Below, in pieces: positions 1-13,976 of a DNA stretch of 64,000 nucleotides. A program made the translations under genes and the position numbers. This DNA comes from the human T2T-CHM13v2.0 reference genome, Homo sapiens. The number at the start of each line of letters is the position of its first letter. Positions within the stretch are counted from its first letter, which is position 1. A model generated the notes under the pieces. That model did not search any database. It saw nothing but the letters and a program-made list of their open reading frames with translations, and had not been told where the DNA came from. Where the stretch lies: NCBI RefSeq assembly GCF_009914755.1, contig NC_060931.1; one strand, 5' to 3'.

Positions 1-300
1 CCGTGCTGGAAACCCAGATGGGCAAGTGGAGTCTGCAGACGCTTAAATGCCTCGGATGGGTAGGAGCACCCTGCACAACCTCATCGGGGCTGATGCACGC
101 CTGCCAGTTTCTGATGGGTGTTTTACATAAAGCTACTTGTATGAAAGTACAATGAATGAGGAGGATGTTTAAAGATGAAACGTAAACTGAATTAGCAGAT
201 AGCGACACCATACAACTGTATTATTATCATTTCCCAAAACACGGGTGGGTTTTGAAGCACTAGGGGACAATCACCTAAGATACCAAAATGGTACAGATTA

Positions 301-660
301 GCAGCTCTTTAAAAGTGGGGGCCAATGACCCCTGGGGGTGTCTCTGAGACCCTCCTAGGAGGTCACCAAATCACCCTGACCACAGAAGCAGGCTCCAGCC
401 CCTCTTGAGCCAGACCACTAAAGAGATAAGCAAAAATGCTGAACAATAATACCATTCTTTTCATTATTATGTTTTTTATTTTTGGAAATACAGTTGTTTT
501 TCCAATGTGTCATACGTTAAGATGTTTGGGGCTTACTGTTATTTAAAAATAAAATTAAAAATATATGTATCCTTAAATTCTCAGTTTTAATTGATAACAT
601 AGTTAAGTGTCAACAGATATAACCCCCAAAAATGAGTTCTTCAGGGCCATCAGTAACCTG
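301..660 (+). mobile_element. Charlie1-type hAT DNA transposon remnant
   Basis: gacccctggggg...ctgagaccc, gagccagac..taaagagat..gcaaaaatg and agatataaccc segments. Confidence 0.5.
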
Positions 661-906
661 ATCTTTATTTAATCACTAGTCTACATGTCCACAGGGTTGT
701 AACTTGAATTTACTGTATTTAGAGCTTTTACATGAAGGTCAAAATGCTTATTTGTTTTGAGAAGTATGTTTGCTAAAAGTTGGTTTCTGATTGAACTTCT
801 CAACAGCTGATTTATGTGCTTTGGCCACTCAAAGGCACCATTTAGGGCCTTCTTAATCCGTCACTTCAACCAGGCAGTCTATCCTCAGCTGGATAAAATA
901 CCGTAC

Positions 907-1038
907 CTTTGATCAAACACTGGATTTAATGTTTTCTTTGACACGTGTGTTTTCCTCCTTCCTGACCGCCTCTTGTCTGGTAATAAATACATGCGGACAT
1001 AGGGGTCAGAGCCGTCTTCAGAGAAGGCAATGAGGTTT
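907..1038 (-). CDS. ESYT2: ESYT2 exon 20 (132 nt) [43 protein letters not shown](S), C2C polybasic region
   Basis: SDPY and RRKT C2 motifs; TAAG acceptor, GTACGG donor, phase 2/2. Confidence 0.97.
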
Positions 1039-1843
1039 CTTACAACACAAACCAGAGAAGACGAGGTATTAGGACCGAGAAAAAGAGAATGAGCAGCACA
1101 TTCAGATATGCTTTATCAAGCTTTGATTTCATGTTTATCTACAAACCGAGAAGCAACAAGGAACAGAATGCGTGAGGCGCTTTTGCCTCCCCCGACGGCT
1201 GCCTGGTGGCATCTCCCAAACTCCTTTCTTAGTGGCTTTCTCAGCAGCGACTTCGGCCTTCATTTCTCAAGCCCAGAGTTTGGAGGACGTTCCAAGTCCC
1301 TGGTCTCTGCTTGTAACAGAGTGACGGTTGTCTTTCCATAATGCTTCTGCCATTTTCTCTCTCACAGCCAAGAAAGCCAGGCCCCCACCCCACAGTGCCT
1401 ACCCCTCCAGACAGGGGCTGCTCCTTTGCAGCAAACGCGGTCAGGTGCCCAGCTGCACAGGCCCCCACATTCTTCGCTTGCTGACTGACCACAAAGTCTA
1501 GGAGGGATTGTTTTGCTAGACTCCTCTACAACAGTATCCCCCACGATCATTATCTAAGTGGCAAGAATATATGAACTTCTCAAGAGTGATGTACTGAACT
1601 CTACAGTTTTATCATCTTTCTAAATGGTGCTAATTTTATTTTCCTATGTTTCCAACAGCTATTTATAAGCACCAAATTTTTATATCATATTTTAAACCAC
1701 TAATAGGACAGAGAAAATTGCATAAAAGGAAAATAGTTCATAAGCCCACAGTATCATTGTTAACAAATGCAATTAATGCAACAGTCACCTGACTTTATAA
1801 TTATTAATATAACAAACAAGTTAAAATAAATTTTTCCTGATTA

Positions 1844-2193
1844 GGCCAGTCATGGTGGCTCAAGTCTATAATCCCAGTGCTTTGGGAGGCCAGGAATTAG
1901 AGACCAGCGTCTCCATAAAAAAATTAAACATTAGCCAGGCCTGGTGGCTTCCACCTATAGTCCCAGCTACTCAGGAGGCCTGGCCAACATGGTGAAACCC
2001 TGTGTCTACTAAAAATACAAGTTAGTCGGACGAGGTAGTGCACGCCTGTAATCCCACCTACTCGGGTGGCTGAGGCAGGAGAATTGCTTGAACCCAGGAA
2101 GCGGAAGTTGCAGTAAGATGAGATTGTGCCACTGCACTCCAGCCTGGGGGACAAAGTAAAACTCTGTCTCCAAAAAAAAAAAAAAAAAAAAAA

Positions 2194-2227
<34 letters not shown>
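1844..2227 (+). mobile_element. Composite Alu (rearranged monomer plus partial Alu) with A-tail and (CA)n
   Basis: Alu consensus segments; poly-A then (CA)n at about 2196-2227. Confidence 0.85.
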
Positions 2228-2230
<3 letters not shown>

Positions 2231-2236
2231 TCCTGC

Positions 2237-2705
<469 letters not shown>

Positions 2706-2872
2706 GTGGTGACACCCTTTACGAGCACCGTCTCTAGAGGTTTAATTGCTTTGTCCTTTCTAAATGAAACATAAATGGATGTTTGGAAATCCTAAAGGCA
2801 GTGTCTACATCATCCTATCCAGCATCCACACTCAGCAGCACAGCAGCGGGTGCGTGGGACCCCAGCCCCCAC

Positions 2873-2971
2873 CTGCAGGCATGCACGACCACGATAAGCT
2901 TGTTTCTCTGCGAGCTGTGCCGGATGGTCAGCTGGATCTGCCCCAGTGGAGACTGTCCCAGGGTCGTCCCG
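2873..2971 (-). CDS. ESYT2: ESYT2 exon 19 (99 nt) GTTLGQSPLGQIQLTIRHSSQRNKLIVVVHAC(R), start of C2C
   Basis: CACAG acceptor, GTGGGG donor, phase 2/2. Confidence 0.96.
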
Positions 2972-3173
2972 CTGTGGGAAAAGAGCAGAAAGTCACCAGC
3001 TTGCCTGAGACTGGAGAACGTTGTGATTCATTGGTCCACTGTACACAATAAGATAATTTCTATTCATTTAGACAAAAAGAAGTCAAATTACCCATGAACT
3101 TAAACATAATTTGAAACTTCTGGGTACAAGTCAAACAGATGAATATTTTACTTGAGGGTTCAATACAAATTAA

Positions 3174-3497
<324 letters not shown>

Positions 3498-3514
3498 AAC
3501 TGACAGTTTTTTAG

Positions 3515-4100
3515 TTAGGGTCCTGAAAACTAAAAGTAAAATCCTAAGCCCCCACCCCACTCCCATGTGAGTGGACCCAGGGGACCCCAGAGAAACTTAA
3601 ACACTGAGTTCCCGACCACAACAGGACGGGAGGTTATTTATACCCCCCACCTTCGCAGTTCAGATGCAACAACCGACTGGCATTAATGCTGCAGCAGAGA
3701 TCGTTAAGACTGAAGGAACAGATTCCTTGCGGCAGTAAGATACCAAGCTACAAAGAAGACCTGGGGCCATGCCAGGCCAAGGGTAAGCCTCACACCCAAC
3801 GCTTAACAGAATAAACTGGGTTCTACCTGCCACCAGGTGTTTCTTTCTCCAGCAGCTAAACAAGCACTGGCCTCGAGAGCAGCAGTGTTAAAGCAAAATC
3901 CCAGCTTGTCCTGATCCAGATGCTGACTCACTGACCCCTGCTCCACCGGCGCTAACTGCAGCTTTGACTGACCAGAGGCTGATTTCACAACTTCCTCCTG
4001 ATGGCAGACCCTGACCACGGACTGCTGCTGGCTGTTCTAGAGAGGCTGGGCACTCTGCGGCATTCACAGCTCCTCCTGGAACCTGCTGAGGACGCGTGCT
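3515..4100 (+). mobile_element. ERV1-class solo LTR (MER4-group, subfamily uncertain)
   Basis: aaaatcctaagccccc...gaccccagagaaac...ctgagttccc and aaactgggttctacctgccaccagg resemble MER4-group LTRs. Confidence 0.55.
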
Positions 4101-5363
4101 CCGCACAAGCTCCTGCCCTACCCTTCCTCCTCTGAGGTGCTTCCGGGCCTGTCAGGCTGGCCGGCCTGCAGGCTGCAACCCTATAAGGATAAGGAATAGT
4201 CTCCTTTCTAAATGTGCAGATCTTATGATTCACCAATTGAGCACCCGAGGTTAAAACCACACAGTGTCCTTATTACAAGCATCAGCCCTGTGGTCCTTGT
4301 TAAGCAGTTTCTAGCCTGTCCTACCCGAATTTGCATGTCCCGTCTCAAAGCCTCATGCAAGCCACGTGCTCTCTTCCCATCTGCGCCCTTCCTTCCATTT
4401 CTCTCTGCTCAAGGATGGAACACAGACCCCCAAAATGACAACTGGTCTTGTTCGTTCAGTGGCCCCTAAGATCATTTCTACTTCCCAAATTGAGCTCCTG
4501 AGAAAAAGTGTTTCCTTGTTTAAAATTCTATTTCCTTCTGGAGCAAGAGAGAAGGAATGTTTTCTTCTTTCCAAAATAGTGGACATGAGAAAGCATGAAA
4601 GAAAAAAGTGAGTGTGGCTCAGAGGAGGGCGGCTGTGCAAGCTCCACAGTCTGCGTGTGCTTTTTCTAACGGCTCAGAAGCACCTTTGCCTCCGTTTCTG
4701 TTACTATTTTCTTATTATTCAACACACCTCTTATAACACCACACAGGGAGAACTATTTCAAAGGTCAATTTTGTTTCTTCCACCAAGAGGAAAAGGTTAA
4801 CATCTGAAGCTTGTGATAACTACAGACAACTTTTTCCTCCACATCTAAAGAAACCCTGAACACACACCTATGAGTCATGGGGCTTAAATAAGGAGCCAAC
4901 ACAGACATCCGAAGACAAACAAAAGAGACTGAGCAACAGCGATGGGATCCGACTACGTGAAAGAGCAGGTCTGTCCTCACACAACGGGGAGGCCAGGGCT
5001 TCTCCAGTGGCCGCAGCGAGGCCCGCGGGCCAGCTCTGCGTCTGTCTTCCTGGCAGAGGCCCAGGCACACAGCAGCGTCCCGGCGCTGCCTCCTGTCTTT
5101 CCTACTGTGAAACCTATTACTCCATCACGTTCTCATCTTTAATGACTAAATCCTAGAAAATGGCAGGTTTTATTTCCAAAGTCCGAGATGCAGTGAGCAA
5201 AACGGCAACACAACCTGAAGTGCTTTCAGTTAACCTAAGATTAGGCCTCCCTCCCCAAAGCATGCCGGCCTCATGCTCTGCTGCGTTAAACGACTCTCCC
5301 CCAGCGTGGGGTGGGGGGGCGCTTGCTCTGCTGGTGAGAAACAACATGGTGGCACTTAGTTAC

Positions 5364-5737
5364 TTTTCCAGCTGCCTCAGCCTTTGCCGCAGCTCCTGGG
5401 TGGCGATGGGCAGCGAGATGTCCGAGGCGATGCTGGGGGTCGGCTCCTTGACTGAGATGTGGCCTGGGGAGGCCAGGAGGCTGGAGGAGCTTCTGCCCAG
5501 GTCGTGCAGCCCCTGAGGGCCAGCCTCAGGCGGCTGGGCCTTTTCTTCCATACCAGGCTTATCACTGCCCCCAATGACTGGTGTGGATGGAGCTGTGTTG
5601 CTGCCACCAGGGCCTGGAGACCCAGACATATGAGATTTGATGGATGTTTTCCTCCCCTCTTTGGACACAGAGGGACGTTTGACTTGAGCTGAGTGTTGGT
5701 GGTCTGGAGGCCTTTCTCGCTTTTCGAGATGGAGCAC
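5364..5737 (-). CDS. ESYT2: ESYT2 exon 18 (374 nt) VLHLEKRERPP...RQRLRQLE(N), Ser/Pro-rich C2B-C2C linker
   Basis: Coincides with ORF 5360..5737; TCTAG acceptor, GTAACT donor, phase 0/2. Confidence 0.97.
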
Positions 5738-5912
5738 CTAGAGGTGGACATAAACATAAAAATTAAACTTGGTGACACTGGTAACATCCTAATACTGGAA
5801 CAGCCTGGGATGTCTTTACCTGCAAAAATTTCTTTAAAACAGCTCAAAAAAAAAATTTTTTTTAAAGGAAAGTTTAGGTAACCAAAATGTCACTTCTGTG
5901 ATACAAATACCA

Positions 5913-6051
5913 CTTTTTTCTCAGAGATGAGGACCTGCTAAGCTGCACAGGCCAGAGTGCTGTAGCTCTCCACAGGGGTGACCATCGCGCACTACACCGC
6001 AAGCTCCTGGCCTCAAGAGATCCTCCCGCCTCAGCCTGCCAAGTAGCTGGG
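5913..6051 (-). mobile_element. FAM (fossil Alu monomer), 5'-truncated
   Basis: T-tail, then reverse-complement match to FAM-specific segment (cacagg...cgcactaca) and cctcagcct..agtagctggg. Confidence 0.75.
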
Positions 6052-6064
6052 GCATCGCCGAGGC

Positions 6065-6225
6065 CTGCGTCTTCAGGCTCTGGTGGCAGCAACAGGGCGG
6101 TGGCAGTGATAAGCCTGGTGTGGAAGGGCAGGCCACCCCCCTGAAGCTGACCCTCTGGTGCCACACAACCTGGGCAGAAGCTCCTCCATCCTCCCCAGGC
6201 CACGTCTCAGGCAAGGAGCCCCCCA
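6065..6225 (+). repeat. Inverted partial duplicate of ESYT2 exon 18 (partner 5434-5625)
   Basis: + strand reads as exon 18 sense sequence, with perfect runs ctggtggcagcaaca, ggcagtgataagcctggt and acctgggcagaagctcctcca; about 87% identity over about 150 aligned nt by hand count, plus deletions. Confidence 0.95.
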
Positions 6226-7367
6226 TAACACTTCTGCGTATTCCTCTAGTCTCTTCCGTTTGCATGTATTTCTACACAATTGTGGGACAATGTTTTTACA
6301 TCAAGAGCCCAGAGTCGCATTTCCTCGACACAAGACCAAAGCCCATATTCTACATAAGGGGTTTCCACCCGGCGTCCCCAGAGGGAGGAAGAAAGTCCAG
6401 AACCCCTGCTATCCAGCAAGATCACCCCAACAACGTGACATGAGTGCAGGAGCAGGGGGTTCCCGCAGGGCCTGGGGTCTCCCAGTTGTGTGAGCACATG
6501 AGCTGGTCCCTGGGCTGGCTTGAGCAGAGTCCACACCTTGTAAATCACTCCACTCACGTGACAGCTTAAAGGTTTTTTCTGGTTTTAGGAAATAACGCTG
6601 CGGTGAACATCTTTATGTTCCTGGTCTCCCCACACTTTGTATCACCAAAACAAAAGTCAGGTTTCTAGAAGAAAGGCCAAGGAGCCTTCAGATGAGTGGC
6701 TCAGGGTTGTCGCAGCTCCCTCTGGAGAGGTGTGCGACACCTCCAGTCTCTGCCGGGGCAAGGAGGCTGTTCCCATTGCCCCCTCAATAGAAGACATTTG
6801 TAATTTTCTTAAAAAGCTGGCTCTTCATTTTAATTTGCATTTCTTTGATTCATGAGTTTTAGTATTTCCCCATATGTTTGCCAGTTTTACTTTCAATATT
6901 TCCTTAGCTATTTACAAATGAATCGTGATTTTGGACAAAAAATATTTTTTTCCTGTAAGTTCTACTGTCTCGTGGAGTTTTATTAAATTCTCTCTTCTGA
7001 ACAACCTTTGAAAAGTTAAGACTTAGGAGAAAACCTTGTTGATACCAACAGTAACACTTTCTGGGCCAAAGGATAACGGTAAGGTTGCTGGGTTCACAGG
7101 AAAGCACTGTTTGAGTAGCCGTGGGCCTGCTCGGGCAACCTGGAAACGTGGCCTGTTCTATGGCTGAGTCCCAGCCTTTGTCTTCTCCCCGGAACCCTCT
7201 GATACCCAGCAACAATATCTCCTCCCTGCACCGGCGCCCTCCTGCGGCCCAGAGCTGCAGCCGACACAGAGCTTTCTCCACCGGCCTCATGCCCGGGGCC
7301 CGTGAGTATCCCTGCCAGCACCCGCCTCCCCATCCCCTATGGTGTTCACTGCAGGACGACACGATAC

Positions 7368-7517
7368 CCGCAGGGCAATCTTCATCTTGATGGTGCTGTT
7401 TGGACCCGAGTTACCGAGCTGGAAGCGCTGGCTCACAGTCATGTCCTCACTGGTGAGCAGCTGGCTGAGGGGGACCTTCAGGTTCCCCAGGGGACACTGG
7501 TGCTGCTCGTCTCTGAC
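7368..7517 (-). CDS. ESYT2: ESYT2 exon 17 (150 nt) VRDEQHQCPLGNLK...KMKIALR, end of C2B
   Basis: Inside ORF 7287..7559; TGCAG acceptor, GTATCG donor. Confidence 0.97.
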
Positions 7518-7637
7518 CTGCAACACACAGGGTGGCAACACTGGCATAAGTAGGACCACGTCTGCAGAAGCTTTCTGCGTTGTCTACGCTCCTGACCCTT
7601 TGTCCTCAGAGAGAGGAACTTAGAAAATGTAGAAAGG

Positions 7638-7986
<349 letters not shown>

Positions 7987-8373
7987 TCAGCCATATTCTC
8001 TTAAGTAGTGTTTCCATAATGATTAACATGGTACGAAATCTCCTAACAAAGACACAAAACACTGTTAACAAGCAAAAGATCTGCTATTTTGTCATTATAG
8101 ATTACAATGAGCACAGAAAGAAATGATGTAATAATGACAAATGAGAAAAGCAGTAATGACAATAATGACCAATCGGTTCGGAGAACCCTGGGTTAATAGG
8201 CAATAGTCTACCTGTCTTTTAACCCCTGGGAAAATGGTGGCAATACACACTCATAACGATGTATACAGTTTCCATTCATGACATTTATGGAGACAATACA
8301 TTTCTAAGTACCTTTTAAGCCTTCTCCATTCAAAATCCACATTAAAGAAAATTTACAGCAAGGCATTTAAAAA

Positions 8374-8502
8374 TTTTTTAAAAAACAGAGGCGGATCTCA
8401 CTATGTTGCCCAGGCTGGTCTCAAACTCTTGGCCTCAAGTGATCCTCTCATCTCAGCCTCCCAAAGTACTGAGATTACAGGTGTGAGCCACCATGCCCAG
8501 CC
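8374..8502 (-). mobile_element. FLAM/Alu left monomer
   Basis: Left-arm consensus only. Confidence 0.85.
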
Positions 8503-8892
8503 TCTTTTTCCTGTATAATAACCTTCTGCATTATCTCTGCAACAGGAATTATTCCTGTTAGATGGCTGTAATATAAAATAATTTAATCAAATAGAGTAAG
8601 AACTCTGAAGGTTTCTCAGGCTATACAAAAATGGTCAGAGAAATTAACACATAACTACTCAGGAAAACCTAAAAGGTTGATTGCATATTTCTTTTTAAAC
8701 TAAACTATAATCACAAAAGCAGTTTTAAATGAAATAACTATGACAATGTTTGTGGAACTTTAAAAATTATTTTTAAAATCCAAGGTCCAGTAAGCATAGA
8801 TTATTTTGAGAATACAGAAGTGCACTTTATGAAGGAAAAACCAGCTAGACAAAACACAAATCCTTTTGTATAAAACAGAATGTAAAAAAGTA

Positions 8893-8959
8893 TCAGATTG
8901 GGGCAAAAGTAATTGCAGTTTCAATGGCAAAAACTCCAATTACTTTTGCACCAACCTAA
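8893..8959. mobile_element. MADE1 (Hsmar1-derived MITE)
   Basis: Palindromic ends ...gcaaaagtaattg / caattacttttgcaccaacctaa with flanking TA. Confidence 0.85.
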
Positions 8960-8978
8960 TAAAACAACCAACACAGAA

Positions 8979-9590
8979 TAATGAGACAGGGTCAGGCAAG
9001 CGGCATGACCAGGTCTCCTAGGCCCGGCTGTTCACACTCACCTATCTAATGAGACAGGGCCGGGCAAGCGGCATGACCAGGTCTCCTAGGCCCGGCTGTT
9101 CACACTCACCTATCTAATGAGACAGGGCCGGGCAAGCGGCATGACCAGGTCTCCTAGGCCCGGCTGTTCACACTCACCTATCTAATGAGACAGGGCCGGG
9201 CAAGCGGCATGACCAGGTCTCCTAGGCCCGGCTGTTCACACTCACCTATCTAATGAGACAGGGCCGGGCAAGCGGCATGACCAGGTCTCCTAGGCCCGGC
9301 TGTTCACACTCACCTATCTAATGAGACAGGGTCGGGCAAGCGGCATGACCAGGTCTCCTAGGCCCGGCTGTTCACACTCACCTATCTAATGAGACAGGGT
9401 CGGGCAAGCGGCATGACCAGGTCTCCTAGGCCGGGCTGTTCACACTCACCTATCTAATGAGACAGGGTCGGGCAAGCGGCATGACCAGGTCTCCTAGGCC
9501 GGGCTGTTCACACTCACCTATCTAATGAGACAGGGTCGGGCAAGCGGCATGACCAGGTCTCCTAGGCCTGGCTGTTCACACACACCTATC
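8979..9590. repeat. Minisatellite/VNTR, 68-bp unit x9
   Basis: atgagacagg recurs at 8981, 9049, 9117, 9185, 9253, 9321, 9389, 9457, 9525; units nearly identical. Confidence 0.98.
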
Positions 9591-10332
9591 AAGAGAGGTT
9601 CAAGATACAAGTAGCAAAAACAGAGGCTGAGGAAAAAAACATAAATTCAGAGATTTAAACGCCATGCTCTTCATACCTGATATAAGAAGTAGTCTGAGAA
9701 CTAGTAAGGCCCCAGAGGGCCTGAGCAATGGCAATGCCACCAACCACCCTGACCTACTGACATTCATGAGACACTCGCCAACACCAGAAAGGCACACAGC
9801 CTACAGGTGCACGTGGAGTGTGTCCCAGGACAGGCAGTGCTCTGGGCCATAAAGCCGGTCTCAAACATAAAAGGGCTCATGTCATACAAAGTATGTACTC
9901 TGACCACTATGGAATGAAATTGGAATCAATAATAGAAAGATTAAAAAAAAAATCCCCAAACATATGGAAACTAAATAACAGACCAAAATAACCCATACAC
10001 AGGTCAAAGGAAAAAACTGAAAGGGAAATTAAGGAAATAATAATAATCAAAAGGAGACATCAACCACAAGTCAAAATTTGTGAGATGTAGCTACAGAATT
10101 TAAAGTGAAATTTATTGGAGTAAATGCCTACATTATAAAAACAGAAATGTCTCAAGCTTCTTCTTTAAGAAACTAGAAAAAGAGAAGCAAAGACCCAAAG
10201 TAAGTGGGACTGAAATAATAATGATCATAGTAGAAATCAATGAAATAGTAAAAGAAAAGCAATAATGACAATTAAACAAAAAATCGGTTCTTTAAGAAAA
10301 TAAAATCAATAAACATCTTGTAAGACTTATTA

Positions 10333-10782
<450 letters not shown>

Positions 10783-10994
10783 TTAATAAAGCACCAATAA
10801 TAAAGACAGTGTGATACTGGCATAAAGACAGACATATAGAACAATGGAACAGAAGGAATTCCAGAAACAGACCTATACATATGGGCAACTGAATTTCTGG
10901 AAAGTTGCTAAGCTAATAAATTAGGGCAAATAATAATCTTTTCAACAAAGACTGAACAACTGCACAAATGCTGAACAACTACACAGCCATATTA

Positions 10995-11625
<631 letters not shown>

Positions 11626-12446
11626 CCCCAAACGTCTTACAAACTCAGTATTAAGAAGACAAATAACCAAATAAAAAAGACAGGCAAAAAAACTGAATAG
11701 ACATTTCACCATAGAAGATACAAAGACCGTAAAAAAGCATAAAAAGGTGCTCAACGTCATTAGTAATGACGCTGAAACCACCCGGTAATACTCCTATCTA
11801 CCCACTAACACCACAGCACTGGCGAGATGTGGGGCCCGCTCGACTCACATGCACTTCGGTGGGAATGTGACACGGCACAATCTCTTTGGAAAACAATTTG
11901 GCAGTTTATTAAGAAGCTAAACATGAACCTGGCAACCTGCTCCTGGGCATTTTACCCAACAGAATGAAGGCATATGTACACACAGTCTTGTATGTGATAT
12001 TCACAGCAGATTTATATGTAATAGGTCTAAACCGGAAAGAACCCAATCTTTTATCAATGTCTTACTCACAGGTAAATGGATGAGCAAATTGTGGTATATC
12101 CATAACTACTACTCAACAATAAAAAAAGACAAACTGTGGGTATCTGCAACAACACAGGTAAACCTCAGAATAATTATCACCAGAGAATATAGACAACTAG
12201 AGGACATACCGCATAATTCTATTTGTATAAAATCCTGGAAAATGTGAACAGTAATCTACAGTGACCAAAGGCAGGTCTGTGTTTGCCTGGGGCTAGGGGA
12301 GGCCCGGGTTACAGAGAGATCTACCAATTGTCCTGATTCTGGCGATGGATCCCCAGGTGTATACACGGGTCACAACTCAGCAAATTGTATACTTTAAAAA
12401 GTCAATTATTTGTCAATAAATTGGTTAAAAAATGCAAATAAAATAC

Positions 12447-12533
12447 CTCAACTTCAAGGTCCTGGCGCTTGGGATTGTGAATGAAGAAAGTGAAGTTTTC
12501 CTCCCACACAGGTTCATTGGTTTTGTATCGAAT
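12447..12533 (-). CDS. ESYT2: ESYT2 exon 16 (87 nt) IRYKTNEPVWEENFTFFIHNPKRQDLEVE
   Basis: C2 PVWEE motif; TCTAG acceptor, GTATTT donor. Confidence 0.97.
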
Positions 12534-12834
12534 CTAGAAGAAATATCCAAATTATTAGCTCTGATATTTTCTGTGGAAAAGGGCTACTCATTTTATGTGT
12601 TTAGAAGCTTAGAATGAAAAATAAAAAGAAAATAAATAAAACAAAAAACTAGAAGCTTAGGTTGACCTTAATTAAATTCCAAGACATGTATTTGCAGGTA
12701 TGCACTATTATGTATTGATGGTGGATGTGTTGAAAAGATAACGAGACGGTCTAAAGCCTTTAGAGTTTGTCATGAGGCCCCAACCTGTGCGCCCACAGAT
12801 AAAGGCTTCGTGTGCGTGGCCTGGCCTCGGTTCT

Positions 12835-12860
12835 GTAATGACTTTTGCACCAACGTAATA
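12835..12860. mobile_element. Solo Hsmar1/MADE1 TIR
   Basis: gtaatgacttttgcaccaacgtaata. Confidence 0.6.
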
Positions 12861-12924
12861 GCTCCTCCGAACTGAGGAGGGTGAGCACTTGGGCACGTCT
12901 CTTAAACTGTTCACAATTCAGTGA

Positions 12925-13671
<747 letters not shown>

Positions 13672-13901
13672 ACTGAAGTCATTTTAAAAAATGAACAGTA
13701 TATTTCTTGGTATTTCAAGTAGCTGGTTATCTATATCAAATGACTGATCTAAGAAAAAATAGATCTGAAAAGCCCTGGTCTCGATGCCCACGCTATCACA
13801 CAACTGAATGTATTTGCAACCCGGCATCCCCAGGTGAGACGGCAACACGGACAGCGCCCGCACGACAGGCACCAAGGCTGAGTCCAGGGCGAGCACCTTA
13901 C

Positions 13902-13976
13902 CTTGCTCTCCTGGGCCTTGTGCCCAACTGACATCTGGACAACAGGATTTGGGTTGCTGCTTATTTTCTTCCCTGA
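13902..13976 (-). CDS. ESYT2: ESYT2 exon 15 (75 nt) SGKKISSNPNPVVQMSVGHKAQESK
   Basis: Overlaps ORF 13749..13934; GTAG acceptor, GTAAGG donor. Confidence 0.96.

Noticed and set aside
6065-6225. Inverted exon copy as a functional antisense-strand coding exon or conventional processed pseudogene
   Set aside because: Frame-breaking deletions, only part of one exon copied, no exon-exon junction and no poly(A) of its own
8979-9590. CRISPR-like appearance of the regular repeat
   Set aside because: Units are contiguous with no unique spacers, there are no cas genes and the context is a human intron
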